Below are positions 41,793-52,214 of a DNA stretch of 64,000 nt, piece by piece. Origin of the DNA: Burkholderiaceae bacterium (GTDB lineage Bacteria; Pseudomonadota; Gammaproteobacteria; Burkholderiales; Burkholderiaceae). The stretch covers positions 4,278 through 68,277 of the forward strand of contig CANKKB010000001.1 of NCBI GenBank assembly GCA_947482555.1, written 5' to 3'. The notes beneath the pieces were generated by a model. The model did not search any database and was not told the DNA's origin. It was given only the letters and a program-made list of their open reading frames with translations. The number at the start of each line of letters is the position of its first letter. Within the stretch, counting starts at the first letter, position 1. The position numbers and the translations under genes were made by a program.

Positions 41793-43442
41793 CTAAGCAG
41801 CATCATAAAAAGTTGTAAATTTTGCAGTAGTAGCTTGCGCATTTGGATCAGTTTTAACATTTATAACCGCTGGAATGCCTGCTTGAACAGCTAATTTTGC
41901 CGCCTCCAATGCTGCACGTATTTCATTTGGATTTTCAACATAACTAGCATGGCAGCCAAGTGATTTTGCAAGCTCATGATACCTAGTGAGACCCAGATCT
42001 CTACCTGGTTTGGTTTTTGATGGGTCAGAAGTCCACCCCCCATTTAGACTTATTATTGTTATGAGTGCAATCCCATGTCGAACTGCTGTATCTAACTCCA
42101 TCACATTCATACCTAAAGACCCATCCCCATGTAAGCAAATAACTTGACGGTCTGGGCTTGCAATTTTAGCGCCAATTGCGTATGGTAAGCCAACCCCCAT
42201 TGTGCCAAATGTACCTGAATTTATCCGATGCCCAGGGAAATATGAAGGTATGGATTGCCTTCCAAAGTTTAGGATTTCCTGACCATCCACAACTAAAATT
42301 GCATCTCGATCCATAAAATCCCTAATTTCACGGCAAAGTCGGAGTGGGTGAATTGGAGTGCTATCTGAGTTTAAAAGAGTCTCTTGTTTTGCTGATCCCT
42401 CAAGGTGTTTTATATGCAATAAATTACGCCAATCTACATATTTATTTGGCATTAGTAATTTATTATTTGCGACTAATAATTGCTCTAGAATAGATTTTAT
42501 GTCGCCCACAAGACTAAGATCTACATTAGATGTAGTTGCGATTTCTTCTGGATCAACATCAATACGAATAAACTTCGCATTTAAATTAAACCGGGGTGTT
42601 TTTAAGTTACCAATAACATAATTGATTCTTGTTCCAAGAACAATAACAAGATCAGCATCACGAAATGCAGTAGATCTAGCGTTTAAGTAGCAATATTCAT
42701 GATCCTCAGGAATGACCCCGCGACCCTGCGGTGTAGTGAAAAACGGAATCCCAGTGTCATCAACAAACTTTTTTAGAACATCAGATGCCTGAGACCAAAT
42801 TATGCCACTTCCACTTAAGATAATTGGTTTTTTGGCTAAATTAAGCATCTGAAGAACTTTACTTATTGAATTTGAATTGGCTCCCGATGGCTCTTGAATA
42901 TTTCGGTTATAGTCTGGCCAATCAATTGTGGACTCTTCGATTTTTTGATACAACAGATCACCAGGAAAATCAAGATAGACGGGCCCTGGTTTCCCAGACA
43001 TCGCAATGGCAAATGCCTTATTAATTAATTCCGGAATTCTTCGGACTTCATAAACTCTTTCCGCCCACTTTACTAGTGGCCGCATAGCTGCAACTTGATC
43101 GAATTCCTGAAATGAGCCAGTGCCCCATTCTTTTAAGGGGCTAGATCCGCCCAGAGCAACTATAGGAGTGCAATCCATAAGAGAGGTGGCAAGGCCTGTG
43201 CCAAGATTGAGAGTTCCCGGGCCAGAAGCAGTTATACAGACTCCTGGCTTAACACGTAATCTAGCGTAAGCGTGGGCCATCATAGCAGCGGCTTGCTCAT
43301 GCCGCACATCAATGGAGATAATTCCTTCTCGTATGCATGCACTTTCAGTGGCAAGCATCGGCCCCCCCATGAGATAAAACATAGTATCTACGCCCTGATG
43401 TTTCAGGGCTTTTGCAATAATATCGGATGCTTGAAGTAACAT
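41793..43442 (-). CDS. ThDP-dependent oxalyl-CoA decarboxylase / 2-hydroxyacyl-CoA lyase family protein
   Basis: RHEQAA.MMA.AYAR, GPVYLDFP, SGTFGTMGVGLPYA, GDGS.G...ME.DT..R; adjacent to a family III CoA-transferase. Confidence 0.8.
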   Translation of the reverse strand: MLLQASDIIAKALKHQGVDTMFYLMGGPMLATESACIREGIISIDVRHEQAAAMMAHAYARLRVKPGVCITASGPGTLNLGTGLATSLMDCTPIVALGGSSPLKEWGTGSFQEFDQVAAMRPLVKWAERVYEVRRIPELINKAFAIAMSGKPGPVYLDFPGDLLYQKIEESTIDWPDYNRNIQEPSGANSNSISKVLQMLNLAKKPIILSGSGIIWSQASDVLKKFVDDTGIPFFTTPQGRGVIPEDHEYCYLNARSTAFRDADLVIVLGTRINYVIGNLKTPRFNLNAKFIRIDVDPEEIATTSNVDLSLVGDIKSILEQLLVANNKLLMPNKYVDWRNLLHIKHLEGSAKQETLLNSDSTPIHPLRLCREIRDFMDRDAILVVDGQEILNFGRQSIPSYFPGHRINSGTFGTMGVGLPYAIGAKIASPDRQVICLHGDGSLGMNVMELDTAVRHGIALITIISLNGGWTSDPSKTKPGRDLGLTRYHELAKSLGCHASYVENPNEIRAALEAAKLAVQAGIPAVINVKTDPNAQATTAKFTTFYDAA

Positions 43443-43477
43443 TATTAATTATTCCGGTTCAATATTTTTTAATTAAT

Positions 43478-44737
43478 TTAAGTGGGCAATATATTGCCGG
43501 CCTTGGTAATTGGCGCTTGCCTAATTATTCCTCTTTTGTTCAATTCAAATACTTCTTCTTTGGTTAATGAGGTGTAATCCATTAAAACTTGATTGGTATC
43601 TCTACCATTTTTACCTCCAGATCTAACAATACGTCCTGGAGTTAAAGACAACTTTGGCACAACACCTGGAAGAACTAGGGTATCAAGTTCATCATCAGGT
43701 ACCTGTGGCAACATATCTCTTGCTTTAAAATGCGGATCATTAAAAATATCTTCTACAGTAAAAATTTTAGACACAACTACATCAGATTTAATTAAAAAAG
43801 ACTCGGCTTCGTCAAGATTTTTGCCTCTTACCCATTTGGCGATGATTGGATCAAGCACATCCTCATTTTTTGCACGTTCAATTGGATCTGCAAAGCGCGG
43901 ATCATCTGCCAACTTTTCCTGATCAATCGCTTTCATTAGCCTTCGGAAAAGAGAGCTATTGGCAGCTGAAATATGAATATAACCGCCATCTTTAGTTTTA
44001 TATAAATTACTTGGGACATGGCCTGGAAGGCGCGATCCAGCCCTGCTAGCAATCTTCTTAAGTTTATCGTAGCTTGGTACTTCTGACCGTAAAAAACTAA
44101 ACGCTGACTCAAATAATGAGGCGTCAATGCACTGCCCTTCGCCAGAATGCTCGCGATGAATTAATGCTACAAGTATCCCCATTGCTGCATACATTCCCGC
44201 AATATAGTCAGTCAAAGGAACCGCAACCCGAGAAGGAGGAAGATCTGGGTCTCCTATTAAGTGCCGCAATCCACTAGCTGCTTCACCTATCACTCCATAA
44301 CCAGGCCTGAATGAATAAGGCCCCTCTTGCCCAAATCCACTTACTCTAGCCATAATAATTTTTGGGTTAATTTTTTTCAAATCGAGATAACCCAAGCCCC
44401 ACCCTTCTAATACTCCTGGTCGAAAATTTTCAATAACAATGTCACACTGGCTTACTAATTCGCAAATAATTTTTTGTGCTTCAGGAGTTTTCAAATCCAA
44501 AGAAATAAGTTTTTTATTACGCATCATGCTGGCAGCGTATAGCGACTTATCTTTAATTCGATCCCCCATAGCTCTTACAGGATCGCCCTCAATTTGTTCG
44601 ACCTTTATCACTTCGGCACCAAAATCACCCAAGAAACTTCCGCAAAAAGGACCTGCTACTAGGGATCCCAACTCAAGCACGCGATAATTTGAGAGAGCCC
44701 CTATAGATTTTTCTCCATAGGAATTAGTAATTTCCAT
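43478..44737 (-). CDS. family III CoA-transferase (CaiB/BaiF/Frc-like)
   Basis: VAGPF, DFGAEVIKVE, RNKK, ENFRPG, SGFGQ.GP, catalytic D in TDY.AG. Confidence 0.93.
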   Translation of the reverse strand: MEITNSYGEKSIGALSNYRVLELGSLVAGPFCGSFLGDFGAEVIKVEQIEGDPVRAMGDRIKDKSLYAASMMRNKKLISLDLKTPEAQKIICELVSQCDIVIENFRPGVLEGWGLGYLDLKKINPKIIMARVSGFGQEGPYSFRPGYGVIGEAASGLRHLIGDPDLPPSRVAVPLTDYIAGMYAAMGILVALIHREHSGEGQCIDASLFESAFSFLRSEVPSYDKLKKIASRAGSRLPGHVPSNLYKTKDGGYIHISAANSSLFRRLMKAIDQEKLADDPRFADPIERAKNEDVLDPIIAKWVRGKNLDEAESFLIKSDVVVSKIFTVEDIFNDPHFKARDMLPQVPDDELDTLVLPGVVPKLSLTPGRIVRSGGKNGRDTNQVLMDYTSLTKEEVFELNKRGIIRQAPITKAGNILPT

Positions 44738-44770
44738 AAATATTGACTGCCTATTTAATTATTAATTTAA

Positions 44771-45799
44771 TTAACTTCCCGATTTCATGGCCGCCTCAGG
44801 AAAGCATAACTCCTGCCAAGTTGCTGGCTTGGAATCTATTCTGCCAATTTGGTGCATGAAATTAGCGAATTTCATCAATCCATTTGGAGTCGAGGTAAAT
44901 TCAATTCGAGGGTCGACTACAATTTTATCAATTAAATCAACTTGATCACCTTTTAATGAAGCTAAATCAATATAAATTCGACCAGCTGCTTTTTTATCAG
45001 AATTGATAATTTTCATTGATTCATCTAATGCTTCAATAAATGATTTATAAAGGCGTGGGTTTGCTTCACGAAATTTATTAGTTGTATATACAACATTAAA
45101 ATTATGCTGTCCTAGAACATCTGCAGAGTTGATAACAAGCTTTATTTTTGGGTTTTCAAGCTCTTGAAACATGTATGGGGGTGCAGTAAAGTGGGCAGTG
45201 ATTTCGCTCTTACCAGATAATAGTGCAATCATCCCATCGGGGTGTTTCATTGAAACTGTAATATTATCAAGTTTTGAATAATTTTCATTGCCCCATTCTT
45301 TTGCTGCCGCCATCTGAAGAACAATAGCTTGCAATGAAACTTTTACGGCCGGTAGTGCAATCTTATCTTTATTAGTAAAGTCTTTTAAACTTCGAATATT
45401 AGGGTTTGCAGTATTTAAAAAAACAGGGATATTATTTAATCCTGCAGCAACTCGTACCTTGGATTCACCTTTAGTTTTGCTCCACAAAGACAAAAATACT
45501 GGAATTCCTGCCGCCGCAAAATCTAAATTATTTGATAAAAGCGCGTCATTCATTGAAGCGCCCCCTCCTAATTGGATCCAACTTATCTTTACGTTATCTA
45601 AGCCATTCTTTTGAGCATATTTTTCAATTAAGGATTGTTTTTGCATGACTAGAAATGGAAGATATGCTATCCCAAATTGCTGAGCAAGGCGAAGTTCAGT
45701 GGCTTCAGCGGCCATAGATGGATTTGAAGATATAAAAAATATTGCAGATACTAAGATTGTTAATAAATTTTTTATAAACCTCATTTTGAATGCCTCCAA
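44771..45799 (-). CDS. NitT/TauT ABC substrate-binding protein
   Basis: Signal peptide, QQFGIAYLP, MNDALLS, DKIALPAVK, HPD. Confidence 0.88.
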   Translation of the reverse strand: MEAFKMRFIKNLLTILVSAIFFISSNPSMAAEATELRLAQQFGIAYLPFLVMQKQSLIEKYAQKNGLDNVKISWIQLGGGASMNDALLSNNLDFAAAGIPVFLSLWSKTKGESKVRVAAGLNNIPVFLNTANPNIRSLKDFTNKDKIALPAVKVSLQAIVLQMAAAKEWGNENYSKLDNITVSMKHPDGMIALLSGKSEITAHFTAPPYMFQELENPKIKLVINSADVLGQHNFNVVYTTNKFREANPRLYKSFIEALDESMKIINSDKKAAGRIYIDLASLKGDQVDLIDKIVVDPRIEFTSTPNGLMKFANFMHQIGRIDSKPATWQELCFPEAAMKSGS

Positions 45800-45808
45800 T
45801 TGAATATC

Positions 45809-46822
45809 TTAACTACCTGAATATTGATGAACATTGTCAAAAAACATGTCTTGCCATTTATCCGGCTTTCGTTTAATTAAGCCAAGTTGAAAGACGAATT
45901 CTGAATATGCCATCACAGCCTTAGGCGTATTAGTAAACTCTACATCCGGGCTAGATAATATTTCCATTAGCTCATCAATGGATTCCGTGCTTTTTGATTC
46001 CTTGATATAGATTTCAGCAGCAGCGCGCTTATTATTTTTAATAAAGTTTATAGCTTCAGACATTGAAATTACGTATGCTTCATACAATTTTGGATTATTT
46101 TTTCTAAATTTAACAGTTGTCCAACTAGCTGTAAAAGTAAATGGGCCACCCATAATTTCTTTCGAAGTTAAGATCGTATGAACCCTGGGATCACGTAATT
46201 GTTGATATTGAAATGGGGGCGCTGAAAAACTGGCCGAAATATTGTTATTTATTAAAGCAAGAGTAGCGTCGGGATGAGCCATAGAAACTGTTAGGCGATT
46301 CATCTTTTCCACATGCTCACTTCCAAGCTGTTTTTTTGTAGCAATTGCCAAAAGTACCGCTTGATTAGATGTTTTAATTGCTGGCATTGCAATTTTATCT
46401 TTTTCTGAAAAGTCTTTGATTGTTTTTATGTTTGGATCATTTGTATTTAGATATAGTGGCATTTGGCTCATTACTGCTGCAATTTTTACTTGATTTTCAC
46501 CATTAGTTTTACTCCAGAGCGTAATGAATGGTGGTATTCCTCCGGTTGCAAAATCTAAACTATTTGACAGGAGCGCATCGTTCATATTTGACCCTCCTGC
46601 AAACTTAGCCCATATGATTTTTGTTGTACCAAGTCCCTTTAGTTTGATATTTTTTTCTAATAGTTCTTGAGATTTAATTACTGCCATTGGTAGGTAGCCT
46701 ATTCCCCACTGTTGAGCAATTCTAATTTCATCGGCCTCAGCTAGAGCATTTGATTGGATTCCAACGCCTGCCACAAACCAGATTAGAGCCGCATAATATT
46801 TAGGTGATCTTAAGATATTCAT
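45809..46822 (-). CDS. NitT/TauT ABC substrate-binding protein (paralog of 44771-45799)
   Basis: QQWGIGYLP, MNDALLS, DKIAMPAIK, HPD. Confidence 0.88.
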   Translation of the reverse strand: MNILRSPKYYAALIWFVAGVGIQSNALAEADEIRIAQQWGIGYLPMAVIKSQELLEKNIKLKGLGTTKIIWAKFAGGSNMNDALLSNSLDFATGGIPPFITLWSKTNGENQVKIAAVMSQMPLYLNTNDPNIKTIKDFSEKDKIAMPAIKTSNQAVLLAIATKKQLGSEHVEKMNRLTVSMAHPDATLALINNNISASFSAPPFQYQQLRDPRVHTILTSKEIMGGPFTFTASWTTVKFRKNNPKLYEAYVISMSEAINFIKNNKRAAAEIYIKESKSTESIDELMEILSSPDVEFTNTPKAVMAYSEFVFQLGLIKRKPDKWQDMFFDNVHQYSGS

Positions 46823-46913
46823 CTTTTAAGTAGTATAGTTATATTTATTATAATAATATAACTATGCGCTTCACCAGCTTCGATTGTCAATAGCAAAGTT
46901 TGTTTTCTACCTT

Positions 46914-46944
46914 AGGATAAACCCTTACTGTAAGGGTTTATCCT
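46914..46944. repeat. near-perfect 31-bp palindrome (15-bp arms) inside the ABC cluster
   Basis: AGGATAAACCCTTAC-T-GTAAGGGTTTATCCT. Confidence 0.8.
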
Positions 46945-46962
46945 CCAGGTAACGCTATGAAA

Positions 46963-47829
46963 TTAGTTTTGCATGCCCCATTTTCTTATTGTTTTTGCCT
47001 CAATACTTTTAAAAATAACATTTTCCACTGCTAAACCTATGAGGATTACGGTAAAAAGACCAGCAAAAACATTTGGTATCTCTAATAAATTTTTATTTTC
47101 ATAAATGAACCATCCAAGTCCTCCCGATCCAGAAGAAACACCAAATACAAGCTCTGCAGCTATGAGCGTACGCCAAGCAAAAGCCCATCCAATTTTTAAT
47201 CCAGCTAATATACTTGGGAAGCCAGCAGGAATCAAAATTTTAGTTACAAATCCAAAATTTGATAGTCCATAATTGTTTCCGACCATACGGAGTGTTGGGG
47301 AGACAGATAAAAAACCAGAGTGCATATTGAGTGCTACTGGCCAAAGTACCGCATGTATGAGGACAAAAATGATGCTTCCATTTCCAAGCCCAAACCATAT
47401 TAGTGCCAAAGGAAGTAATGCAATGGCCGGCAATGGGTTGAACATGGAGGTAAGTGTCTCAAGGAAATCATTACCGATTTGCGTTGTTATAGCCGCAACA
47501 GTAAGAAGTGTAGCTATAACAAGTCCGGATAAATACCCAATTAATAGAATTTTGATTGAATAAAAAACTTTTTCAAGCAGGCCACCAAAAACTATAGCGT
47601 CTCCAAAAGCAACGATTGTTGATGTGAACGTAGGAAAGAGAAGTGGATTATCCAAGTAACGCGCATAAATTTCCCATATTGTCGCTAAAAGAAATAATAT
47701 AAAAGTTTTTCTAATAAATCCGAAAGAATATATTTTTTCCCATAAAGTGAGAGGAACTTCTGTAACACCAAAAACTGAACTCAGAGAATTATTAAAAAAT
47801 TCAGGGCGTTGTATAAATTTCTCATCCAT
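46963..47829 (-). CDS. NitT/TauT ABC permease
   Basis: NPLPAIALLPLALIWFG, WAFAWRTLIAAELVFG. Confidence 0.92.
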   Translation of the reverse strand: MDEKFIQRPEFFNNSLSSVFGVTEVPLTLWEKIYSFGFIRKTFILFLLATIWEIYARYLDNPLLFPTFTSTIVAFGDAIVFGGLLEKVFYSIKILLIGYLSGLVIATLLTVAAITTQIGNDFLETLTSMFNPLPAIALLPLALIWFGLGNGSIIFVLIHAVLWPVALNMHSGFLSVSPTLRMVGNNYGLSNFGFVTKILIPAGFPSILAGLKIGWAFAWRTLIAAELVFGVSSGSGGLGWFIYENKNLLEIPNVFAGLFTVILIGLAVENVIFKSIEAKTIRKWGMQN

Positions 47830-48607
47830 TGATTAACTCCGAATTTATTTCATCCTTATTAAAAAGCATTTCGTGGATATTTTCGGAGAGATGCTTTCCA
47901 TTAATTGGGTCGATAGGATCGGTCCCATCACTATTGATTTCAGCCCTAACCCTTCCAGGGTGTGGTGATAACAATAAAATTCTATTGCCAATACGTAATG
48001 CCTCAGAAATTGAATGCGTAACAAACATAATGGTAAATCGTGTTTCATCCCATAATCGCAAGAGCTCATCTTGCATATTTCGTCGCGTTAACGCATCAAG
48101 AGAGGCAAATGGCTCATCCATTAAAATAATTTCAGGCTCCATTGCCATTCCACGAGCTATCGCAACTCTTTGCTTCATGCCGCCAGATAGAGTGTGCGGG
48201 TAATTATTTGCAAACTTAGTTAAATTAACTTTTTCAATGTAATAAAGCGCCTTTTCTTGCGCCTCGCTATTGCCAAGCTTGCCTGAAGACACTAATGCAA
48301 ATACAATATTTTCCTTAACAGTTTTCCAAGGTAGCAACTGATCAAATTCTTGAAAAACCATAACCCTATCAGGGCCGGGTCGAGTTATTTGAGTCCCTTT
48401 AAGTAAAATTGACCCTTCTACTGGGAATAAAAAGCCGCCAATTGCTTTAAGCAATGAAGATTTGCCACATCCTGACGGTCCCAGCAGCACAAATCTATCC
48501 GAGGAATAAGTGTCAAAATTGACTCGGTATGTAGCCGTTACCAAGTAGTCCTTGGTCTTGTATTGCAAAGTTACATCACGAACCTGCAAAATAGGGTTAT
48601 CAGACAT
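47822..48607 (-). CDS. NitT/TauT ABC ATPase
   Basis: GPSGCGKS, LSGGMKQRV, MDEPFASLD. Confidence 0.93.
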   Translation of the reverse strand: MSDNPILQVRDVTLQYKTKDYLVTATYRVNFDTYSSDRFVLLGPSGCGKSSLLKAIGGFLFPVEGSILLKGTQITRPGPDRVMVFQEFDQLLPWKTVKENIVFALVSSGKLGNSEAQEKALYYIEKVNLTKFANNYPHTLSGGMKQRVAIARGMAMEPEIILMDEPFASLDALTRRNMQDELLRLWDETRFTIMFVTHSISEALRIGNRILLLSPHPGRVRAEINSDGTDPIDPINGKHLSENIHEMLFNKDEINSELING

Positions 48608-48730
48608 GGAACTCCTATCAAACTGATATTAATTGAAATTAGTATTAAGCAGCTTTACACAATTCATCGTAATATTTTGATTCTTAATACTATACTCCTG
48701 ATAATTTTTAATACTATAAAATATGGGTAA

Positions 48731-49528
48731 TTGACCATGAAAATTCCGCAATCAGATTTTGCCCCACTATATCTGCAGTTAGCAAATTTACTGGAGCAAA
48801 GGATTAAAACTGGGGAATTTCCACTCCAAAGTCAATTACCTACTGAAATTTTACTTGCTAAAGATTTTGGTGTGAGTCTGATTACAGTTCGTGGGGCTAT
48901 GAAAGTTTTAATGAATAAAGGTTTGGTTGAGCGATTTCCTGGAAAGGGTACATTCGTAATAAGCCCCTCAGAAAGCCTCACAATGTGGGGGTTGGGTAGC
49001 TTAAATGAGCTTGACCTAACAACAGTCAAGTCTGATATGAGTACATTATTTTCAAAAATAATTAATTTACCAGTTTGGCTTCAGAAGCCAATGGAGCTTG
49101 CGGTACCATCTAAAATTAATTGGATGCGTAATGTTCGCTCGAAGCACGGCGAGCGATTTATGCTTTCAGATGTATATCATCCTCCTGTTTTTAGCCCTAT
49201 TATTCGTTCTAAAAAATTTAGTAATTTACTTTCTGAACGAAAGTTAGTAATCCTTGCCATTTGTGATTTAGAAGGTATTCAATTAGGTGAAATTCGTCAA
49301 TCTCTTACTGCGACCCTAGCAAAAGGGGAGATAGCCGTAGCGCTTAATATTGATGAAGGCATTCCATTGCTGCTAATTGATCGAATTTTTCTTGACACCC
49401 ATGGACGAGTAATTCAGTTTGGACGAACGCACTATCGGGTTGATCACTATGGCTATGAGCTAAATCTTCGTTTATATGAAGAGAAATCAAAAATTAGAAA
49501 AAAGACTATCCATAAAAAATTATTTTAA
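48731..49528 (+). CDS. GntR (HutC/UTRA) regulator
   Basis: PLYLQL, LPTE..LA..FGVS.ITVR, GKGTFV. Confidence 0.9.
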   Translation: MTMKIPQSDFAPLYLQLANLLEQRIKTGEFPLQSQLPTEILLAKDFGVSLITVRGAMKVLMNKGLVERFPGKGTFVISPSESLTMWGLGSLNELDLTTVKSDMSTLFSKIINLPVWLQKPMELAVPSKINWMRNVRSKHGERFMLSDVYHPPVFSPIIRSKKFSNLLSERKLVILAICDLEGIQLGEIRQSLTATLAKGEIAVALNIDEGIPLLLIDRIFLDTHGRVIQFGRTHYRVDHYGYELNLRLYEEKSKIRKKTIHKKLF

Positions 49529-49542
49529 ATAAATTTAATATA

Positions 49543-49678
49543 TTTTTAGGTGGAAAATTATTCTTTTAATCCGTTGGTTATTAGTTCGACTTGAGCTAAC
49601 GCGAAAAGTGGTGGACACTAACTTTGTGAAGCAAAGTTATGTGGGAGTCAATCCCGTGACCCACCATATAGAATGTGG
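49543..49678 (+). repeat. 136-bp direct repeat, copy 1: tRNA-Lys 3' half with a 61-nt T-loop insert
   Basis: Matches 60256-60391 with 4 mismatches by eye. CTTTTAATCCGTTGGT...TTCG[49589-49649]AATCCCGTGACCCACCA. Confidence 0.92.
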
Positions 49679-49745
49679 TCGGTACCGGACACATGGTTTA
49701 CACCCCCATAAAGCCCATCTTCGTACTTTCATTCCACGGCATAGA
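49674..49745 (-). mobile_element. internally deleted IS481-like remnant
   Basis: Minus strand: mini-ORF MPWNESTKMGFMGV* (49742-49698), like an IS481 transposase N-terminus, running into TGTAAACCATGTGTCCGGTACCGACCACA, an IS481-type terminus as I recall it. Confidence 0.5.
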
Positions 49746-49779
49746 GTGATACCCCAGTCCGACTTAAATTAATAATCAA

Positions 49780-50583
49780 TTATGCATCGACTTTTTTAAA
49801 AAAATTGAGCGCAAGCTGATTGAAAGCATCTGCCCTTGCTGAGGTGAAAGCATGTCCTCCCCAATCTAATTCTACAAATTGAGAGTTTTTAATGAGCGTA
49901 TGTAATTCCTTGGTCAAATAGGATGGAACCAAAAAGTCATCTACCGCAGTTGTTACCAGGGTCGGTAAATTAATGTTGGATATAGATGCCCTACCGTCAT
50001 ACTCCAAAAATAGATTAATCTTTTCCAATAGCAGATCTACTAAGGGAAAATTGGCGGTCATTGCTTTTCCATCTTCCTTTAATAGAGCATCATGCTCAGA
50101 AATCCACTTTGGCGGGTATAAAAATAAAGGCTGAGCATCAACATAGGCTTCAGGCCCGGAGCTTTTGAGAATTTTCTTTCTAACCTCAAAGCAGCGTGCT
50201 AAATAAGGATCTGCTTTTGCCCAGGCATTTACCACCAATAAACTTCGTAATCTAGATGAGTCGATCTGAGCTAATTCAATCCCAACAATAGCCCCTATAG
50301 CATGTCCCACAAAATGTGCCTCAGAAATCATCAATGCATCAAGAACTGCCATCACATCCTCGGCCATTCTTTTAATTGATTGTTGACCGATAATTTCTCG
50401 ACTACTTTTGCCTGAGCCGGCCTGGTCATAAAGTATGATCCGATGACTCTTTGAAAGTGATAACACTTGTGGAGTCCAAAAATGTGCGGCGCCACCCATA
50501 CCAGCAGATAAAATGATTGGTGAGCCAATTGAACCAATCATCTCGTAGTGAATTTGCACGCCCTGACTAGCGACAAAAGGCAT
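49780..50583 (-). CDS. rutD: RutD-like alpha/beta hydrolase (aminoacrylate hydrolase-like)
   Basis: SAGMGG...FW.PQ, YDQ.G.G.S, GHAIG, RCF.VRK..L...GP.AYV.AQPLFLYP..WI, GGHA; directly downstream of rutB. Confidence 0.78.
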   Translation of the reverse strand: MPFVASQGVQIHYEMIGSIGSPIILSAGMGGAAHFWTPQVLSLSKSHRIILYDQAGSGKSSREIIGQQSIKRMAEDVMAVLDALMISEAHFVGHAIGAIVGIELAQIDSSRLRSLLVVNAWAKADPYLARCFEVRKKILKSSGPEAYVDAQPLFLYPPKWISEHDALLKEDGKAMTANFPLVDLLLEKINLFLEYDGRASISNINLPTLVTTAVDDFLVPSYLTKELHTLIKNSQFVELDWGGHAFTSARADAFNQLALNFFKKVDA

Positions 50584-50585
50584 TT

Positions 50586-51311
50586 TTATAGAACCTTTAA
50601 TCCATGACAAAATTCATCAGTTTTGCAGGTCCAACCAAAGAAATTTTGAATGTTATATATCGTCGCCTGCTGAATGAAGTCGGGCCCCGCTTGATGTGTC
50701 GCATCCTCTAACATTACACTAAAGTACTCCAGGAAAAAGCCGTCACGCATGGTAGATTCAACGCAAACATTTGTAGCGATTCCACAGAAAATCAGATTTC
50801 GAATTCCATAGCTTCTTAATAAACTATCAAATTGCGTATTAAAGAACCCGCTATAGCGTGTTTTCGCAATTAGAACTTCTTTGGGGCCCGGCTTAAATTC
50901 CTCAATCAACTCATAATCCCAACCACCCCGAGATAAAAGTTTTCCCTGTAATTCAGGATTTTTTTTCATAGTTTTAAGGGCATTTGATTTATACCAGTTT
51001 GGCGAACCAGGTCCACCAGCCTCAACATAATTCTTATCCCAACCATTTTGAAAGAAAAAAACTTTCATTCCGACTTTTCTCGACATTTCTAGAGCTTGAG
51101 AAATTTTTTTAATTACTTTTTTAGCGCCAGATATATCAAATCCAGCTAGGTCAAGATAGCCCCCTTTTGAAGCATATGCATTCTGCATATCTACTACGAT
51201 CAAAGCGGTTTGTGAAAGATTTAATTCAAGCTCTTCAGGCTTTGTATCTAACTGAAATATTTTTGAATCCTTATTTAATTGATTGGTTTTATTAATAAGC
51301 ATGTTCTTCAC
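50586..51311 (-). CDS. rutB: RutB (peroxy)ureidoacrylate amidohydrolase
   Basis: [65 protein letters not shown]. Confidence 0.92.
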   Translation of the reverse strand: MKNMLINKTNQLNKDSKIFQLDTKPEELELNLSQTALIVVDMQNAYASKGGYLDLAGFDISGAKKVIKKISQALEMSRKVGMKVFFFQNGWDKNYVEAGGPGSPNWYKSNALKTMKKNPELQGKLLSRGGWDYELIEEFKPGPKEVLIAKTRYSGFFNTQFDSLLRSYGIRNLIFCGIATNVCVESTMRDGFFLEYFSVMLEDATHQAGPDFIQQATIYNIQNFFGWTCKTDEFCHGLKVL

Positions 51312-51371
51312 TCTTTAGGAAAAATTTCTCAAGATTGAGCAAATTTGATAAAAATTATTATCGCTAGATCT

Positions 51372-52214
51372 CTAAATTTGAATTTCTAAATCTGTCCATA
51401 TTTGGTCGAAATACTTTTGATAATCTAAGTTTTTTCGGACATGAACTGGATCTCTATCTGATAATGACAATTCAATATCGTAAATTTTTTTAACGTATGA
51501 AGGTCGATGACTCAGCACCAACACTCTATCTGCCATCGTAATAGCTTCGCTAATATCATGCGTAACAAGGATTGCACTTTTACCTCTTTCGCGAATAATT
51601 TTCATTACTTCACCCTGCAAAAGAATTCGTGTTTGAAAATCAAGGGCGGAAAAAGGTTCATCCAATAGAATTACATCAGGATCAAAGGCAAGTGTCCTCA
51701 TAAAAGCTACCCGCTGCCTCATGCCTCCAGATAGCGTGGCAGGCAGATTATTTTCGAAGCCCTTTAAACCATAAGCCTCAATCAATTGCATCGCTTTTTC
51801 GCGCGCCACCTTATCACTTACCCCTCTCACCTCAAGCCCTAAGATAACATTTTCGATGACGGTACGCCATGGCAAAAGCATATCTTTTTGGAGCATGTAT
51901 CCCACTTGTCCAGCAGCGCCCTGAACAAGTTTTTCTTGAACATGTACTGAGCCTTGAGTCGGCTCAATCAAGCCAGCGATCACATTAAAAATAGTTGTTT
52001 TGCCACAACCAGAGGGTCCAACCACTGCCAGAATCTCATGCTCTCGTAGATCAAATGAAACCTCTCCAAGTGCTATTAAATCAGGCATCCCAGGATTCTG
52101 AAAAACCATTCCTATTGAGTCAACCCTCATTACCACCTTAGATTTACTAGCTTGAGTGGAATTACTCTCAACATTAGCCATTTTTTTGATCTCTATTCGA
52201 CTTTTGGTATTCAT
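51372..52214 (-). CDS. NitT/TauT ABC ATPase
   Basis: GPSGCGKTT, LSGGMRQRV, LLDEPFSALD. Confidence 0.93.
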   Translation of the reverse strand: MNTKSRIEIKKMANVESNSTQASKSKVVMRVDSIGMVFQNPGMPDLIALGEVSFDLREHEILAVVGPSGCGKTTIFNVIAGLIEPTQGSVHVQEKLVQGAAGQVGYMLQKDMLLPWRTVIENVILGLEVRGVSDKVAREKAMQLIEAYGLKGFENNLPATLSGGMRQRVAFMRTLAFDPDVILLDEPFSALDFQTRILLQGEVMKIIRERGKSAILVTHDISEAITMADRVLVLSHRPSYVKKIYDIELSLSDRDPVHVRKNLDYQKYFDQIWTDLEIQI

